Origin: Actinomycetota bacterium
GTDB taxonomy: Bacteria > Actinomycetota > Thermoleophilia > Gaiellales > F1-60-MAGs149
Assembly: GCA_009885805.1 (NCBI GenBank)
Contig: VFJZ01000006.1
Span: 16,582 to 80,581, forward strand
Direction: 5' to 3'
Length of the DNA stretch: 64,000 nt
Of this stretch, positions 1-10,276 are shown one piece after another (positions within the stretch are counted from its first letter, which is position 1; each line of letters starts with the position of its first letter). A program made the position numbers and the translations under genes. The notes beneath the pieces were generated by a model. It made no database searches. It saw only the letters and a program-made list of their open reading frames with translations, and was not told the origin of the DNA.

Positions 1-305
1 ACGATCAGCGTCGCATCGAAGTCCATCAGGGCGTCGCCGATCGCGTCGAGCGGCCGGATGTCGCCGATCTGGCCGGTGGCGGTTAGCCCCTCGTGCGCGA
101 GAATCGCGAGCGTCGCCTCCAGGCGCGCCGCCGCTGCCTCGATCGCCCCCGCCTGCGACCAGAGCACGCCGTGCTGCTGGTGGAGCGGCCGCGCCGGAAC
201 GACGACGAGGTACTCCGACGTCCGCTCGTCCTCGATCTGCCTGAGCGCACCAAGCAACTCCTCGGCGCCGACGGTCTCGTTCGCGACTACCAGGACCCTG
301 GACAC
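1..305 (-). CDS. Universal stress protein-like (Usp/adenine nucleotide alpha-hydrolase fold), runs off window edge
   Basis: Not in the ORF track. Manual translation from GTG at 305 with GGAGGTG RBS gives MSRVLVVANETVGAEELL...VVVPA...ARLEATL...GQIGDIRPLDAIGDAL. Confidence 0.7.
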   Translation of the reverse strand, partial: MSRVLVVANETVGAEELLGALRQIEDERTSEYLVVVPARPLHQQHGVLWSQAGAIEAAAARLEATLAILAHEGLTATGQIGDIRPLDAIGDALMDFDATLI

Positions 306-389
306 GCGCGCACCTCCGCGGGGTATCGACCTACGTGCGCAATGGTACTACGGTGAAAGAAAGGGATCAGATCCCGCTCTTTCAACGGT

Positions 390-596
390 TCAGTGCGCTT
401 GGCGCTTCACGTACTGCGCCATGCCGATCGCGACCGCGACGAAGACGACGGCGCCGACGATGCCGACCGCGTCGTACGGCATCGCGTCGACGCCCTTGAA
501 GACCAGCACGATGATGCTGCAGAGCGCGATCGTGAGGGCGATCGTGTACATCACGATCGTGGAGACTGCGGTGTGATTCGTCGGGTCGGCCGGCAC
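390..596 (-). CDS. Small membrane protein with two TM helices
   Basis: GTG at 596 preceded by AGGAGGA; two hydrophobic segments. Confidence 0.55.
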   Translation of the reverse strand: MPADPTNHTAVSTIVMYTIALTIALCSIIVLVFKGVDAMPYDAVGIVGAVVFVAVAIGMAQYVKRQAH

Positions 597-665
597 GGGT
601 CCTCCTGGCAGCGACGATAGCAGGGGGTGTACGCTCCCATCTCCACCCGGACGGAGGAGCAGACG

Positions 666-2027
666 GTGACGCAGCGGCGCTACCTGCTCGCGGAGAGCGA
701 GATCCCGACCCACTGGTACAACGTGATGGCCGACGTCGGTCCGCCGCCGCCGCCACTGCACCCAGGTACGGGCGAGCCGGTCGGGCCGGACATGCTGGCG
801 CCGCTGTTCCCGATGGCGCTGATCGGGCAGGAGATGTCGCCCGAGCGCTGGCATGCGATCCCCGACGTCGTCCGCGATATCTACTCGATGTGGCGCCCGA
901 CGCCGTTGCATCGCGCGCTCGGCCTGGAGGCGGCGCTCGGCACCGACTGCCGCATCTTCTACAAGTACGAGGGCGGCTCACCGGCCGGCTCGCACAAGCC
1001 GAACACCGCCGTCGCGCAGGCGTACTACAACCAGCAGGAGGGCGTCACCCGGATCGCGACCGAGACGGGTGCCGGTCAGTGGGGCTCGGCGCTGTCGTTC
1101 GCGTGCGCCCGGTTCGGCATCGAGGTCAAGGTCTACATGGTGCGCGTCTCGTACGACACGAAGCCGTACCGGCGGGCGATGATGGAGGCCTGGGGCGGCT
1201 CCGTCGTCGGCTCGCCGTCGCGCGACACCAACGCGGGCCGCGCGATCCTCGTCCGCGACCCGCACTCGACCGGTTCCCTCGGGATCGCGATCTCCGAGGC
1301 GGTCGAGGACGCCGCCACCAGGGACGACACGAAGTACGCGCTCGGCTCGGTGCTGAACCACGTCCTGATGCATCAGACCGTGATCGGCCAGGAGGCGCAG
1401 AAGCAGATGGCGATGGCTGAGGCCTACCCGGACGTGGTCGTCGGCTGCGTCGGCGGCGGCTCGAACTTCGCCGGCATCGCCTTCCCGTTCATCGCCGAGA
1501 AGGCCGCCGGCAAGGAGATCAGGATCGTCGCCGCCGAGCCGTCCAGCTGTCCGTCGCTGACGCGCGGCCACTACGGCTACGACTTCGGCGACACCGCGCA
1601 GATGACGCCGCTGCTCGCGATGCACACGCTCGGCCACGGCTTCATCCCCGCTCCGATCCACGCTGGTGGCCTCCGCTATCACGGCATGGCGCCGCTCGTC
1701 TCGAAGCTCGTCAACGACGGGCTGGTGGAGGCGGTCGCCTACGCGCAGAACGACTGCTTCGCGTCCGGCGTCCGCTTCGCGAAGGCGGAGGGGATCATCC
1801 CTGCGCCGGAGGCGAATCATGCGATCCGTGCCGTCGAGGCCGAGGTGGAGGCGGCGCGCGCCGCCGGCGAGAGTCGCACGATCCTCTTCAACCTCTGCGG
1901 TCACGGGCACCTCGAGCTCGGCGCCTACCAGCAGTACCTGAACGGGGAACTGGTCGACTCGGAGCTGCCGCAGAGCGACCTCGACGCGGCCGCAGCCGCC
2001 ATTGCGGGGATGCCGGCGATCGCATGA
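666..2027 (+). CDS. trpB2: TrpB2-type (TrpB-like) PLP enzyme, tryptophan synthase beta chain 2
   Basis: YKYEGGSPAGSHKPNTA PLP-Lys motif, TETGAGQWGS, GCVGGGSN, HAGGLRYHG; RBS GGAGGAG before GTG 666. Confidence 0.92.
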   Translation: MTQRRYLLAESEIPTHWYNVMADVGPPPPPLHPGTGEPVGPDMLAPLFPMALIGQEMSPERWHAIPDVVRDIYSMWRPTPLHRALGLEAALGTDCRIFYKYEGGSPAGSHKPNTAVAQAYYNQQEGVTRIATETGAGQWGSALSFACARFGIEVKVYMVRVSYDTKPYRRAMMEAWGGSVVGSPSRDTNAGRAILVRDPHSTGSLGIAISEAVEDAATRDDTKYALGSVLNHVLMHQTVIGQEAQKQMAMAEAYPDVVVGCVGGGSNFAGIAFPFIAEKAAGKEIRIVAAEPSSCPSLTRGHYGYDFGDTAQMTPLLAMHTLGHGFIPAPIHAGGLRYHGMAPLVSKLVNDGLVEAVAYAQNDCFASGVRFAKAEGIIPAPEANHAIRAVEAEVEAARAAGESRTILFNLCGHGHLELGAYQQYLNGELVDSELPQSDLDAAAAAIAGMPAIA

Positions 2028-4773
2028 GGGTCCGCCTCGCCCTCGTCGCGCTGCTCGCCCTCGCGGTGGTCCCGTCTGCCGCCTCGGCGCGACCGGGGGA
2101 TGTCGATCTCACCTACGGCGCCGCGGGCGCTGCGACGGTTCCGGTCGGCACGGAGCCGCTCGCGGGGAGCGTCGTCGGGGTGCGTCTCCTGGCGGGCGGT
2201 CTTCTCTACGCGGTCGGCGCGGCCGGTGATGGTCGCTACGCGACGGCCCGGCTGGAGCGACGACTGGCGGACGGGTCGGGCGACATCTCCTTCGGCCAGT
2301 TCGGCGGCGTCCAGTTGCGCCTCGACGGTGATGCGTTCCCACTCGGACTGGCGTTGCACCCGACCAGCCTCGAGCCTCACGTCGGCCTGTTCGCGGAGGC
2401 CGACGGCGTGCCGCACCTGGCGGTGGCGCGGCTCTCGACGGCCGGGGTCGCCGACGCGGCCTACGGCGGCGGCGACGGGATCGCGTCCCTGGCGGCTCCC
2501 GGGCTGGTCCCGGTCGGGCTGCTCCCCGAACTCGGCGATGTCGGCTTCGCGGGTCCGGTCGTCCGCTCCGACGGTCGCGCGTACGTCGCCGGACTCTCGC
2601 TCGCCGGCACCACGCCCGTGACGATCGTCGCCGGCTTCACCGATACCGGCGAGCCGGACCCGGGCTTCGGCAGCGGCGGCATCGTCACGATCCCCGATCT
2701 GATGGTCACGCGGATGTCGCTCGCAGCCGATGGCTCCATCTACCTGGCCGGGACCGATCAGTTGTTTTCGAACTCCCAACCGTTCGCGACCGTCCGGCTG
2801 ACCCTCGCCGGCGCGCTCGATCCGGCCTTCGGCGGTGACGGTCGCGTCGAGACGGCCGTCGGCACCGGATCGGCGATGGTCCGCGGCATCGTTCTCGGCC
2901 CGTCGACCGTCACGGTCGGCGGCGGCGCCGAGACGGCCGGCGGCGCCATCGGCGCGCTGGTCCGCTACACGAGCGCGGGCGTGCCCGATGTCACCTTCGA
3001 CGGTGACGGCATCGCCGTCTCGCCCCTGCAGGCCGGCTTCGCGCCGCAGGCGCTGATCAACTACGCCTTCGCCGGCGACCTGTGGCTCGTCGGTCACGGC
3101 AGCGGTGCTCCCGACCCGCTCCTCGTTCAGCGGTTCGATACGACCACGGGTGCCTTCATGGACGCGACGACGCTTGCACTCGGCGGCGACGTGTCGATCC
3201 GCGACCTTGCGTTCGCCCCGTTCAGCCTGGCGCCGCCGTACGCGGCCGGATCGCTGAGGTCGGGGACATCGCGGAACGGCGTCGTGCTGAAGCTGACGGG
3301 CCCGGCGACGCTCGACGCCGCCTTCGGGTCGGCCGGGGTCGCGACGCTCGCGCCCGGGAGTCAGCGCGCCCGGGTCTTCGTCACCGAGGCCGCCCGGACC
3401 GCTGACGATCGCCTGGTCATCGGCGCCGCCGCCGCGAACGGCGGCACGGAGCGCGCGGCCGTGCTGCGCCTGACCAGCACGGGAGCGCTTGACGGCAGCT
3501 TCGCAGGCGGCAGCGTGATCGTTCCCCAGGGTGTCGGCCAGTCCTACGTCTTCGGCATCGACGTCGACGCCACCGGCAGGATCGGTGCTGTCGGACGCGC
3601 CTCCGACGGCGCCAAGGACGTCATCGCCTCGCTGCGGTTGAACGGGAACGGCACCGCCGCCGCCGCGTTCCCCCCGTCGCTGACGGCGTTCCCGACGGCG
3701 GCTCAGGGCGGAGACGTCCTGCTCGATGGGAGCGCGCTGATCGCCGCCGGGCAGATCACGGTCGCCGGCGAGCAACGCTTGCTCGTGACGCGCGTGCTCC
3801 CGGGCGGCCTGCCCGATCCGACGTTCGGCACGGCCGGCGCGACCGTGATCGAGGCCGGCTCCGGTCACGCGGGCGCCACCGAGTTGCTCCGGCAACCGGA
3901 CGGGAAACTCGTCGTCCTGTTCTTCGCGCAGCAGGGCCTGAACGTCGTTGGCCTGGCACGACTGACGCCAACGGGACAACTCGACCCGACGTTTGCCGGT
4001 GGCGCCGGCTTCACGCTGGCCGCCCCGCCGCTGGTTTCGGCGAGTCCCAGCGACCTGGCGCGGACGCCGACGGGCCAGTTCCTCGTGGTTGCCGGGTCGG
4101 AGACGGCGACGCTCGACGGGTTCACGGTGATGCGATTCCGCGCCGACGGCGTGCTCGACGAGTCGTTCGCGACCGGTGGCTTCTACCGGAACGAGATACC
4201 GGCCGGGCTTGGCGTCGGGCGCGATGTCGGCGGCCTCGATGTCGCTCCTGACGGACGGATCCTGGTCGCCGGGACCGACCGCAGTGGGTTCATCGGGAGT
4301 CTGGGCAAGACCTGGCGTCTGACGGCCGCCGGCGCGCTCGACGCGTCGTTCGGGACCAGTGGCGAGGCCACCCTCGGTTCGGATCTGGCCTCGCCGGTCG
4401 CGGTCGTCGTCGCCGCGGATGGCCGCCTTCTCGTCGCGAGCAGCGGGTTCCGTGACGTCGTCGTCCATCGCCTGCTGTCGGATCCGCCGCGGCTCACGTC
4501 GCGCGCGTTCGATCGACGGGGCCGGACGTCGATCCGCCTCGCCGGGCGCGTCACGCCGTTTGGTGGCCGGACGACCTGGTGGGTCGAGTACGGCCGCACG
4601 AAGACGTACGGCAGCGGACGAAGAAGATCGTGATCGGCCCGGCGAGCGCGCGCACCGTGCGGGCCACGCTCCGCTTCCTCCGGCGCAACAGCGTCTACCA
4701 CTACCGGTTCGTCGCCGAGAACGGCTCGGGGCGGACGCTCGGCCGGGACCGTACGTTCCGCACACGTCGCTGA
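2024..4773 (+). CDS. Secreted delta-60/DUF5122-type repeat protein, copy 1; 1-nt deletion near 4613 truncates the ORF at 4633
   Basis: Signal peptide; repeated RL-x-x-x-G-x-LDPxFGxxG; GGCAGCGG where paralogs have GGCAAGCGG; the other frame continues to FRTRR-stop at 4773. Confidence 0.85.
4545..4773 (+). repeat. Conserved C-terminal cassette, also at about 7205-7477, 10020-10254 and 12605-12875
   Basis: GGTGGCCGGACGACCTGGTGGGTCGAGTACGGCCGCACGAAG... is near-identical between copies. Confidence 0.9.
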
Positions 4774-4795
4774 TTCCAGGGAGGAGGGTGCGTTC

Positions 4796-7477
4796 ATGAC
4801 TGTACGCGCCCCGTTCCTGATCTCGCTGGCGCTCCTCGCGGCCCCCTCCGGTGCCTTCGCAGCGCCGGGCGATCTTGACCCCGGCTACGGCGCGGGCGGC
4901 GTCGCCACGGCGACGGTCGCGTCCGACCGGTTCACGAAGGTGGGACTGCCCGTCGACGTCCTGGTCTCGTCCGTCGGCGCCGCCGTCGTCACGGTCGTGA
5001 GCGGCAGTGACGGGAGCAACATCGTCGCGGTCGTCACGCGTCACAGCGCAGCCGGTGCGGTCGACACCGACTTCTCCGGTGACGGCCGGATCGAGATCGG
5101 CGTCGGCGACGGCGACACGATCCCGGTCGGGATCGTCGAACAGCCGGACGGCAAACTCGTCGTCGGGCTGGTGACCAGGATCGGGCGCTCTGCCGCGGTC
5201 AGCCTCGTACGCCTGACCACGAGCGGCGTCTACGACGCGACGTTCGGGGGCGACGGCATCGTCTCCGTGTCGACGCCGGAACTCGACGCCTACGGTCTCA
5301 TTCAGCTAGTCCCGGGCAACGGCATCGTCGGGCCCGTCGTCCACCCAGACGGCCGGCTCTCGATGGTGGGCAGGAGGCCCCGGCCGGACATCGCCGCGAC
5401 CGCGATCGATCTGGTGCTCGTCGCGGCACTCGCCGACGGATCGGTGCCGCCGGCGTTCGCCGGCGGGAGTCTGTCCACGACCCGTGCGGTCGGTTTCGTC
5501 CCGACGTCGCTCGTCGCCGACGGCACGCGCGTTGTGGTCGCGGGTCCGACCGCGACGCAGGGCGCGGAGGCCGTCAGGCTCGATGCCGACGGCGATCCCG
5601 ACCCGGCGTTCGGCGCCCTCGGCCAGCTGTCGCTGACCGGTTTCGGGGCCGGGGGCGGCCCGATCCACCTCGCCGCGACGTCGGCCGGTCTCCTCGTGGC
5701 CGGCGAGGGGCCCGCCGGTGCCTGGCTCGTCCGGCGCGTGTCCGCCTCGGGGGCGACGGATCCGGCGTTCGGGACGGGTGGTACGACGACCATTTCCGCG
5801 CCCGGCGGGCAGATCAACGGCATCGGCGTCCGCGGAGCGACCACGGAGGTCATCCTCGGCGGAACCGACCTCGCGGGGAACCGTGTCCTGCGCAAGCTCG
5901 ACTTCACGACGGGCACCGTGATCCCCTTCGCGGCGACGGCCGAGGCCGCCGGTCTGACGGGGAGTGCGATCGCCGTCGGGCCGGGGCAGGTGCTGATCGC
6001 CGGTCGACCGTTGGGCTCGACGCGCGACGGCGGGATCGTCGCCTTCCGATCGCTGTCGGGTGTCGCCGACGGCACGTTCACCCAGGTCGTTATCTCGACC
6101 GGGAGCGGCCCGATTCGCGGCGTCGGGCCGGACCGCGCCATCGTCGCGCCGGACGGATCGGTGTACTCGGCGACACACGTGACGAGCGGTCCCAGTAACC
6201 TGATCGCGCTCCACGGCTTCGCGCCGGGCGGCGTCGCCGGACAGAACGTCGACGTTCCGGGCCTGACCTCGCAGGAGTTCGTGTCGGCCGTCGCGGTCGA
6301 TGGCGGCGGCCGGGTCTACGTGGCGACGGTCGCCTCGTCGCCGAACCGCGTCGTCGTCTCGCGGCACCAGCCGAACGGAACCGGTGACCCGTCGTTCGCG
6401 CCGGTCGTCATCCCGACTCCCAGCTTCGCGTCCATCTCCCGGCTCCTCGCCGATGAGGCCGGCCTGGTCGTCGTTGTGAACGGCCAGCTCGGGGGATCCG
6501 TTCGCTGCCGGCTCACGCGGTATGCGACGAGTGGTGCACCCGATCCGGCCTTCGGTCTCGCCGGCTCGATCGAACTCGGCGTCACCTGCATCGACGTCGT
6601 GCCGGTCGGTACCGGCCTCGCCGTCGGCAGCGAACGCATTTCGGGGGCAGATTCGGCGGCGGAGATCCGGCGTTACGACGCCGCGGGCGACCCGGTGCTG
6701 TCGTTCTCGGGCGACGCTGTCATGACGATCCCGCTCGGGCACGATGAGTCGGGCGTCTTGGGGCTCGCGGCCCGGCCCGGTGGGGCGCTCGCCGCGTTCG
6801 TGACCCGGGTAGCCGTCGGCGGCGGTGGCCGGTCGGCCGACGTTGCGGCCGTCCGCGCCGACGGTGTCCTCGACCCGGCGTTCGGGAACGGTGGCTTCGC
6901 CCGCGTCGGGGAGTTCGCGGCCTCGACGTTCCCGACGGGGCGGCTCGCGTCCGCGCCGGACGGGCGCCTCGTCGTCGCGTTGAACTCGGGCGTGTCCGGC
7001 GGCGACGCGATCTCCCTCGTCCGCGTCACGACGAACGGCGTCGCGCAGCCGCTCGCCGCGGGCGCCCGCGCGGTCGTCCTCGGGCCGCAGGCGCGGCCGG
7101 AAGCACTCTCGGTCCTCGTTGACGGCCGGATCATGCTCGCCGCCGCGGGCGACGCACGGCTCCGTGCGGCGCGGATCCTGTCCGACCGGCCCGTGATCGC
7201 CTCACGGCGGTTCGATCGCCGCGGGCGGAAGTCGGTTCGCGTCGCCGGGCGCGTGTCGCCGCTCGGTGGCCGGACGACCTGGTGGGTCGAGTACGGCCGC
7301 ACGAAGACGTACGGCAAGCGGACGAAGAAGATCGTGATCGGCCCGGCGAGCGCGCGCACCGTGCGGGCCACGCTCCGCTTTCTGCGGCGCAACAGCGTCT
7401 ACCACTACCGGCTCGTGGCACAGAACGGGTCGGGGCGGACGATCGGCCGCGACCGCGTGTTCCGAACTCGCCGCTGA
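4796..7477 (+). CDS. Secreted delta-60/DUF5122-type repeat protein, copy 2
   Basis: RBS GGAGG; signal peptide then APGDLDPGYG; QPDGKLVV and DPAFG repeats; basic FN3/Ig-like tail. Confidence 0.88.
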   Translation: MTVRAPFLISLALLAAPSGAFAAPGDLDPGYGAGGVATATVASDRFTKVGLPVDVLVSSVGAAVVTVVSGSDGSNIVAVVTRHSAAGAVDTDFSGDGRIEIGVGDGDTIPVGIVEQPDGKLVVGLVTRIGRSAAVSLVRLTTSGVYDATFGGDGIVSVSTPELDAYGLIQLVPGNGIVGPVVHPDGRLSMVGRRPRPDIAATAIDLVLVAALADGSVPPAFAGGSLSTTRAVGFVPTSLVADGTRVVVAGPTATQGAEAVRLDADGDPDPAFGALGQLSLTGFGAGGGPIHLAATSAGLLVAGEGPAGAWLVRRVSASGATDPAFGTGGTTTISAPGGQINGIGVRGATTEVILGGTDLAGNRVLRKLDFTTGTVIPFAATAEAAGLTGSAIAVGPGQVLIAGRPLGSTRDGGIVAFRSLSGVADGTFTQVVISTGSGPIRGVGPDRAIVAPDGSVYSATHVTSGPSNLIALHGFAPGGVAGQNVDVPGLTSQEFVSAVAVDGGGRVYVATVASSPNRVVVSRHQPNGTGDPSFAPVVIPTPSFASISRLLADEAGLVVVVNGQLGGSVRCRLTRYATSGAPDPAFGLAGSIELGVTCIDVVPVGTGLAVGSERISGADSAAEIRRYDAAGDPVLSFSGDAVMTIPLGHDESGVLGLAARPGGALAAFVTRVAVGGGGRSADVAAVRADGVLDPAFGNGGFARVGEFAASTFPTGRLASAPDGRLVVALNSGVSGGDAISLVRVTTNGVAQPLAAGARAVVLGPQARPEALSVLVDGRIMLAAAGDARLRAARILSDRPVIASRRFDRRGRKSVRVAGRVSPLGGRTTWWVEYGRTKTYGKRTKKIVIGPASARTVRATLRFLRRNSVYHYRLVAQNGSGRTIGRDRVFRTRR

Positions 7478-7512
7478 CCCGACTCCCGGTCGTTCCGGTG
7501 CATGATGGGTGG

Positions 7513-10254
7513 ATGCGACTCACGGGATTCGTCCTTGCCCTCCTGTTCGCGCCGGCGGCGGCCGGCGCCGTGCCGGGCGACCTCGATCAATCGTACGGGT
7601 CGGGTGGCGTCGCGACGATCGTCACCGGCCTCGGCATGCGCTCGTCGCCCGTGATCGGCATCGACTTAGGCGCCGCCAACCTCGTCACCGTCCGCGTCGT
7701 CCCCGAGGGCGGCCGTTACGTCGCCCGTCTCGAGCGCCTGTTGTTGAATGGCCAGCCTGATCCGGCGTTCGTCCCGGCGAACCTGTTCGCGGGCGACGGC
7801 GACCTGATCCCGACGGGCCTCGACCGCGACTCGTTGGGCCGCATCTACATCGCCGGCTTCGCCCGCGTCGGCAGGGCGTCGGCGTTCGCGGTGGTGCGGA
7901 CGGACGCCGCCGGCGTGCTCGACCCGGCCTTCGGCGCCGGGGGACGCGTCCTCGTCCCCTATCCGGCGCTTGCGCCGGACCTCGATCAGACGCTGCGGGC
8001 CGCGAACCCGCCGGGCTCGCCGCCGGTGCTGCTCGCCGACGGCGGGGTTGCCGTTGCGCTGCGTGCGCGTGGCGCGGGCGGCAGCGTGGCCTCGGTCGTG
8101 CTGCAGGTCGACGGCGCCGGCGCGCCGGTCGTCGCCTTCGGCGGCGACGGTATCGCCGACCCGACGCCGGCGACGACGGGCGTCATGCCGGATGCAATCG
8201 TCCAGGATGGCGCCGGGCGGATCCTCCTCACCGGCGACCCGGTCGGGGTGCCGGCACGGCCGCTGATGGTGGTCGCGCTGACACCTGCCGGGGTGCCTGA
8301 CCCTGCGTACGGCGGCGGCGATGGAGTCGCGACGACGGCGCTCGGCGGCACGATCGGCGATGCGGCGCTCGTGCGCTTCGGCGCCGTGGTGTTCGCCGCC
8401 GGTGTGAACCAGAACCGCGCGTTCGTGCTCGCGCGGTTCGCCGCAGACGGGCAGCTCGATCCGGCTCTCGACGGCGACGGTGTCGCGATCTCGGCGGACA
8501 CGAACGTCGCGACGCTCGCCGGCGCGGTGCTCGGCTCGGCCGGTGGGTTCAACTTTCGCATCGACGTCGCGGGCGCGAGCCTCGCCGGGATCGTCTTCCG
8601 GCGCGCGCACCCCGCGACCGGGTTCGAGGCGGCCGGCGGCACCGTCGCGATCCCGCCCGGCGGCTTCGTCAGCGCACGGGCGCTGGTTCTCGGCACTGGC
8701 GGCCCGTACGCCGCCGGTCTGCTGCGCGAGGACCCGTTGCGACGCCCATACCTGGCGTCGTGGGACTTCGTGGCCGACGCTCCCCGCGCCGCCTTCGGAA
8801 CCGGCGGACAGGTGATCGGCGACGTGCCGGCACCGGGCCGCGAGGTCTTCAACGCGACCTCCGGGCTGCTCGCCGCGAGCGGTGGCGTCCGGATTGCCGG
8901 AGTCGGCGACACGGACGGCGTACTCGGTGCACGCGTGGTCGGCTTCACGCCCGCTGGTGCGCCGGACGCCGGCTTCGGCGTCGGCGGCGTCGCGACGACC
9001 GGGCTCGGCGGTACGCTCGACATCTGGGGGGATGTCGCGCTGCTGGCCGGTGGACGGATCGCGCTCGCCGGCTCGAGCCGGGTCGCCGCCGAGGTCCGCC
9101 CGGCCGGGCTCGTCCTCGGCCCGGCCGGCGTCGTCGACCCCGTCTTTACACCTTTCCGTCTGCCGGGCGCGGCGCCCTTCGCGTCCGGCTCGGCGGTCGT
9201 CGGCGACAGTGGCGGCGTCGTCTACGGCATCACGGAGTTCGCGGTCGGCGCCACGGCGAGCCTGGTGCGTTTCCGCGCGGACGGCGCCCGCGACCTGGGC
9301 TTCGGTGGCGGCGACGGACACGTCGACGTCGCGCCGGGGGCCGGCGGCTCCGTCACCGACCTCCTGCGCCAGCCCTCGGGACGCCTCGTCGTCGCGGTGG
9401 CGGCCGTCGCCGTCGGCGCACCCTCGTTCCTGCGCGCCTACACGTCGGTCGGCGCACCGGATCCCGCTTTCGGCGCCGGCGGTACGGTCGCGCTGCCGCC
9501 GGGCGTATACCCGGTGCGGCTCGGCTCGTTCCCGGACGGCGACATCGTGGTCGGCGGCGCGATCGCAGGCGTCGTGCCGCCCGGCTCCGCGGTCCTCCGC
9601 TACTCGCGCAACGGCGCGCCACGCCCGACCTACGCCGGCGACGGCCGCGCCGAGGTCGGCCACCCGACCGACGGGGCGCGGCTGACGGGACTTGCCCCGC
9701 TGCCCGACGGCCGCCTGTACGTTGCGCTCGCCCTGACAGCGAGTTCATTCGTCGATGGCTCAGGTTTCCTGCCGTCCGGCAGCCGCATCGTGCGTCTGCG
9801 CGGGGACGGCTCCGCAGACTCGGCGTTCGGCGGCGACGGCGTCGTCGACCCGCCGCTCGGCCCGGAGGCGAACGCGGCAGGGGTCGCGATCGAGCCTGGC
9901 GGCCGTGCGCTCCTCTTCGGCAGCGACGAGGGCGTCGGCTTCGTCGCGCGGCTGCTCGGCGACCCACCCTCCGCGTCGACACGACGGGCCGATCGCCTGG
10001 GTCGGACGTCGGCGCGCGTGTCCGGCCGCCTCACGCCGCGCGGCGGGCGCACGACGTGGTGGATCGAGTACGGCCGCACGAAGACGTACGGCAAGCGGAC
10101 GAAGAAGCTCGTGATCGGGCCGGCGACTGCCCGGACGGTGCGTGCGATCCTGCGCGGGCTGCGTCCCGGGACCGTGTACCACTATCGGTTGGTCGCGCAG
10201 AACGGAAGTGGGATCACGCGGGGACGTGATCGAACCGTACGCACACGTCGCTGA
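7513..10254 (+). CDS. Secreted delta-60/DUF5122-type repeat protein, copy 3
   Basis: MRLTGFVLALLFAPAAAGA signal then VPGDLDQSYG; LDPAFG repeats; same basic tail. Confidence 0.88.
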   Translation: MRLTGFVLALLFAPAAAGAVPGDLDQSYGSGGVATIVTGLGMRSSPVIGIDLGAANLVTVRVVPEGGRYVARLERLLLNGQPDPAFVPANLFAGDGDLIPTGLDRDSLGRIYIAGFARVGRASAFAVVRTDAAGVLDPAFGAGGRVLVPYPALAPDLDQTLRAANPPGSPPVLLADGGVAVALRARGAGGSVASVVLQVDGAGAPVVAFGGDGIADPTPATTGVMPDAIVQDGAGRILLTGDPVGVPARPLMVVALTPAGVPDPAYGGGDGVATTALGGTIGDAALVRFGAVVFAAGVNQNRAFVLARFAADGQLDPALDGDGVAISADTNVATLAGAVLGSAGGFNFRIDVAGASLAGIVFRRAHPATGFEAAGGTVAIPPGGFVSARALVLGTGGPYAAGLLREDPLRRPYLASWDFVADAPRAAFGTGGQVIGDVPAPGREVFNATSGLLAASGGVRIAGVGDTDGVLGARVVGFTPAGAPDAGFGVGGVATTGLGGTLDIWGDVALLAGGRIALAGSSRVAAEVRPAGLVLGPAGVVDPVFTPFRLPGAAPFASGSAVVGDSGGVVYGITEFAVGATASLVRFRADGARDLGFGGGDGHVDVAPGAGGSVTDLLRQPSGRLVVAVAAVAVGAPSFLRAYTSVGAPDPAFGAGGTVALPPGVYPVRLGSFPDGDIVVGGAIAGVVPPGSAVLRYSRNGAPRPTYAGDGRAEVGHPTDGARLTGLAPLPDGRLYVALALTASSFVDGSGFLPSGSRIVRLRGDGSADSAFGGDGVVDPPLGPEANAAGVAIEPGGRALLFGSDEGVGFVARLLGDPPSASTRRADRLGRTSARVSGRLTPRGGRTTWWIEYGRTKTYGKRTKKLVIGPATARTVRAILRGLRPGTVYHYRLVAQNGSGITRGRDRTVRTRR

Positions 10255-10276
10255 TGATCGGGGTAGGGTGTCGACT

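Noticed and set aside
1925-5044. Very long antisense or alternative-frame ORFs (also 13212-15929, 21414-23795, 36844-39606, 48875-50860)
   Set aside because: Shadow ORFs of high-GC genes: Arg/Pro/Ala-rich, with no motifs, opposite or overlapping clear genes
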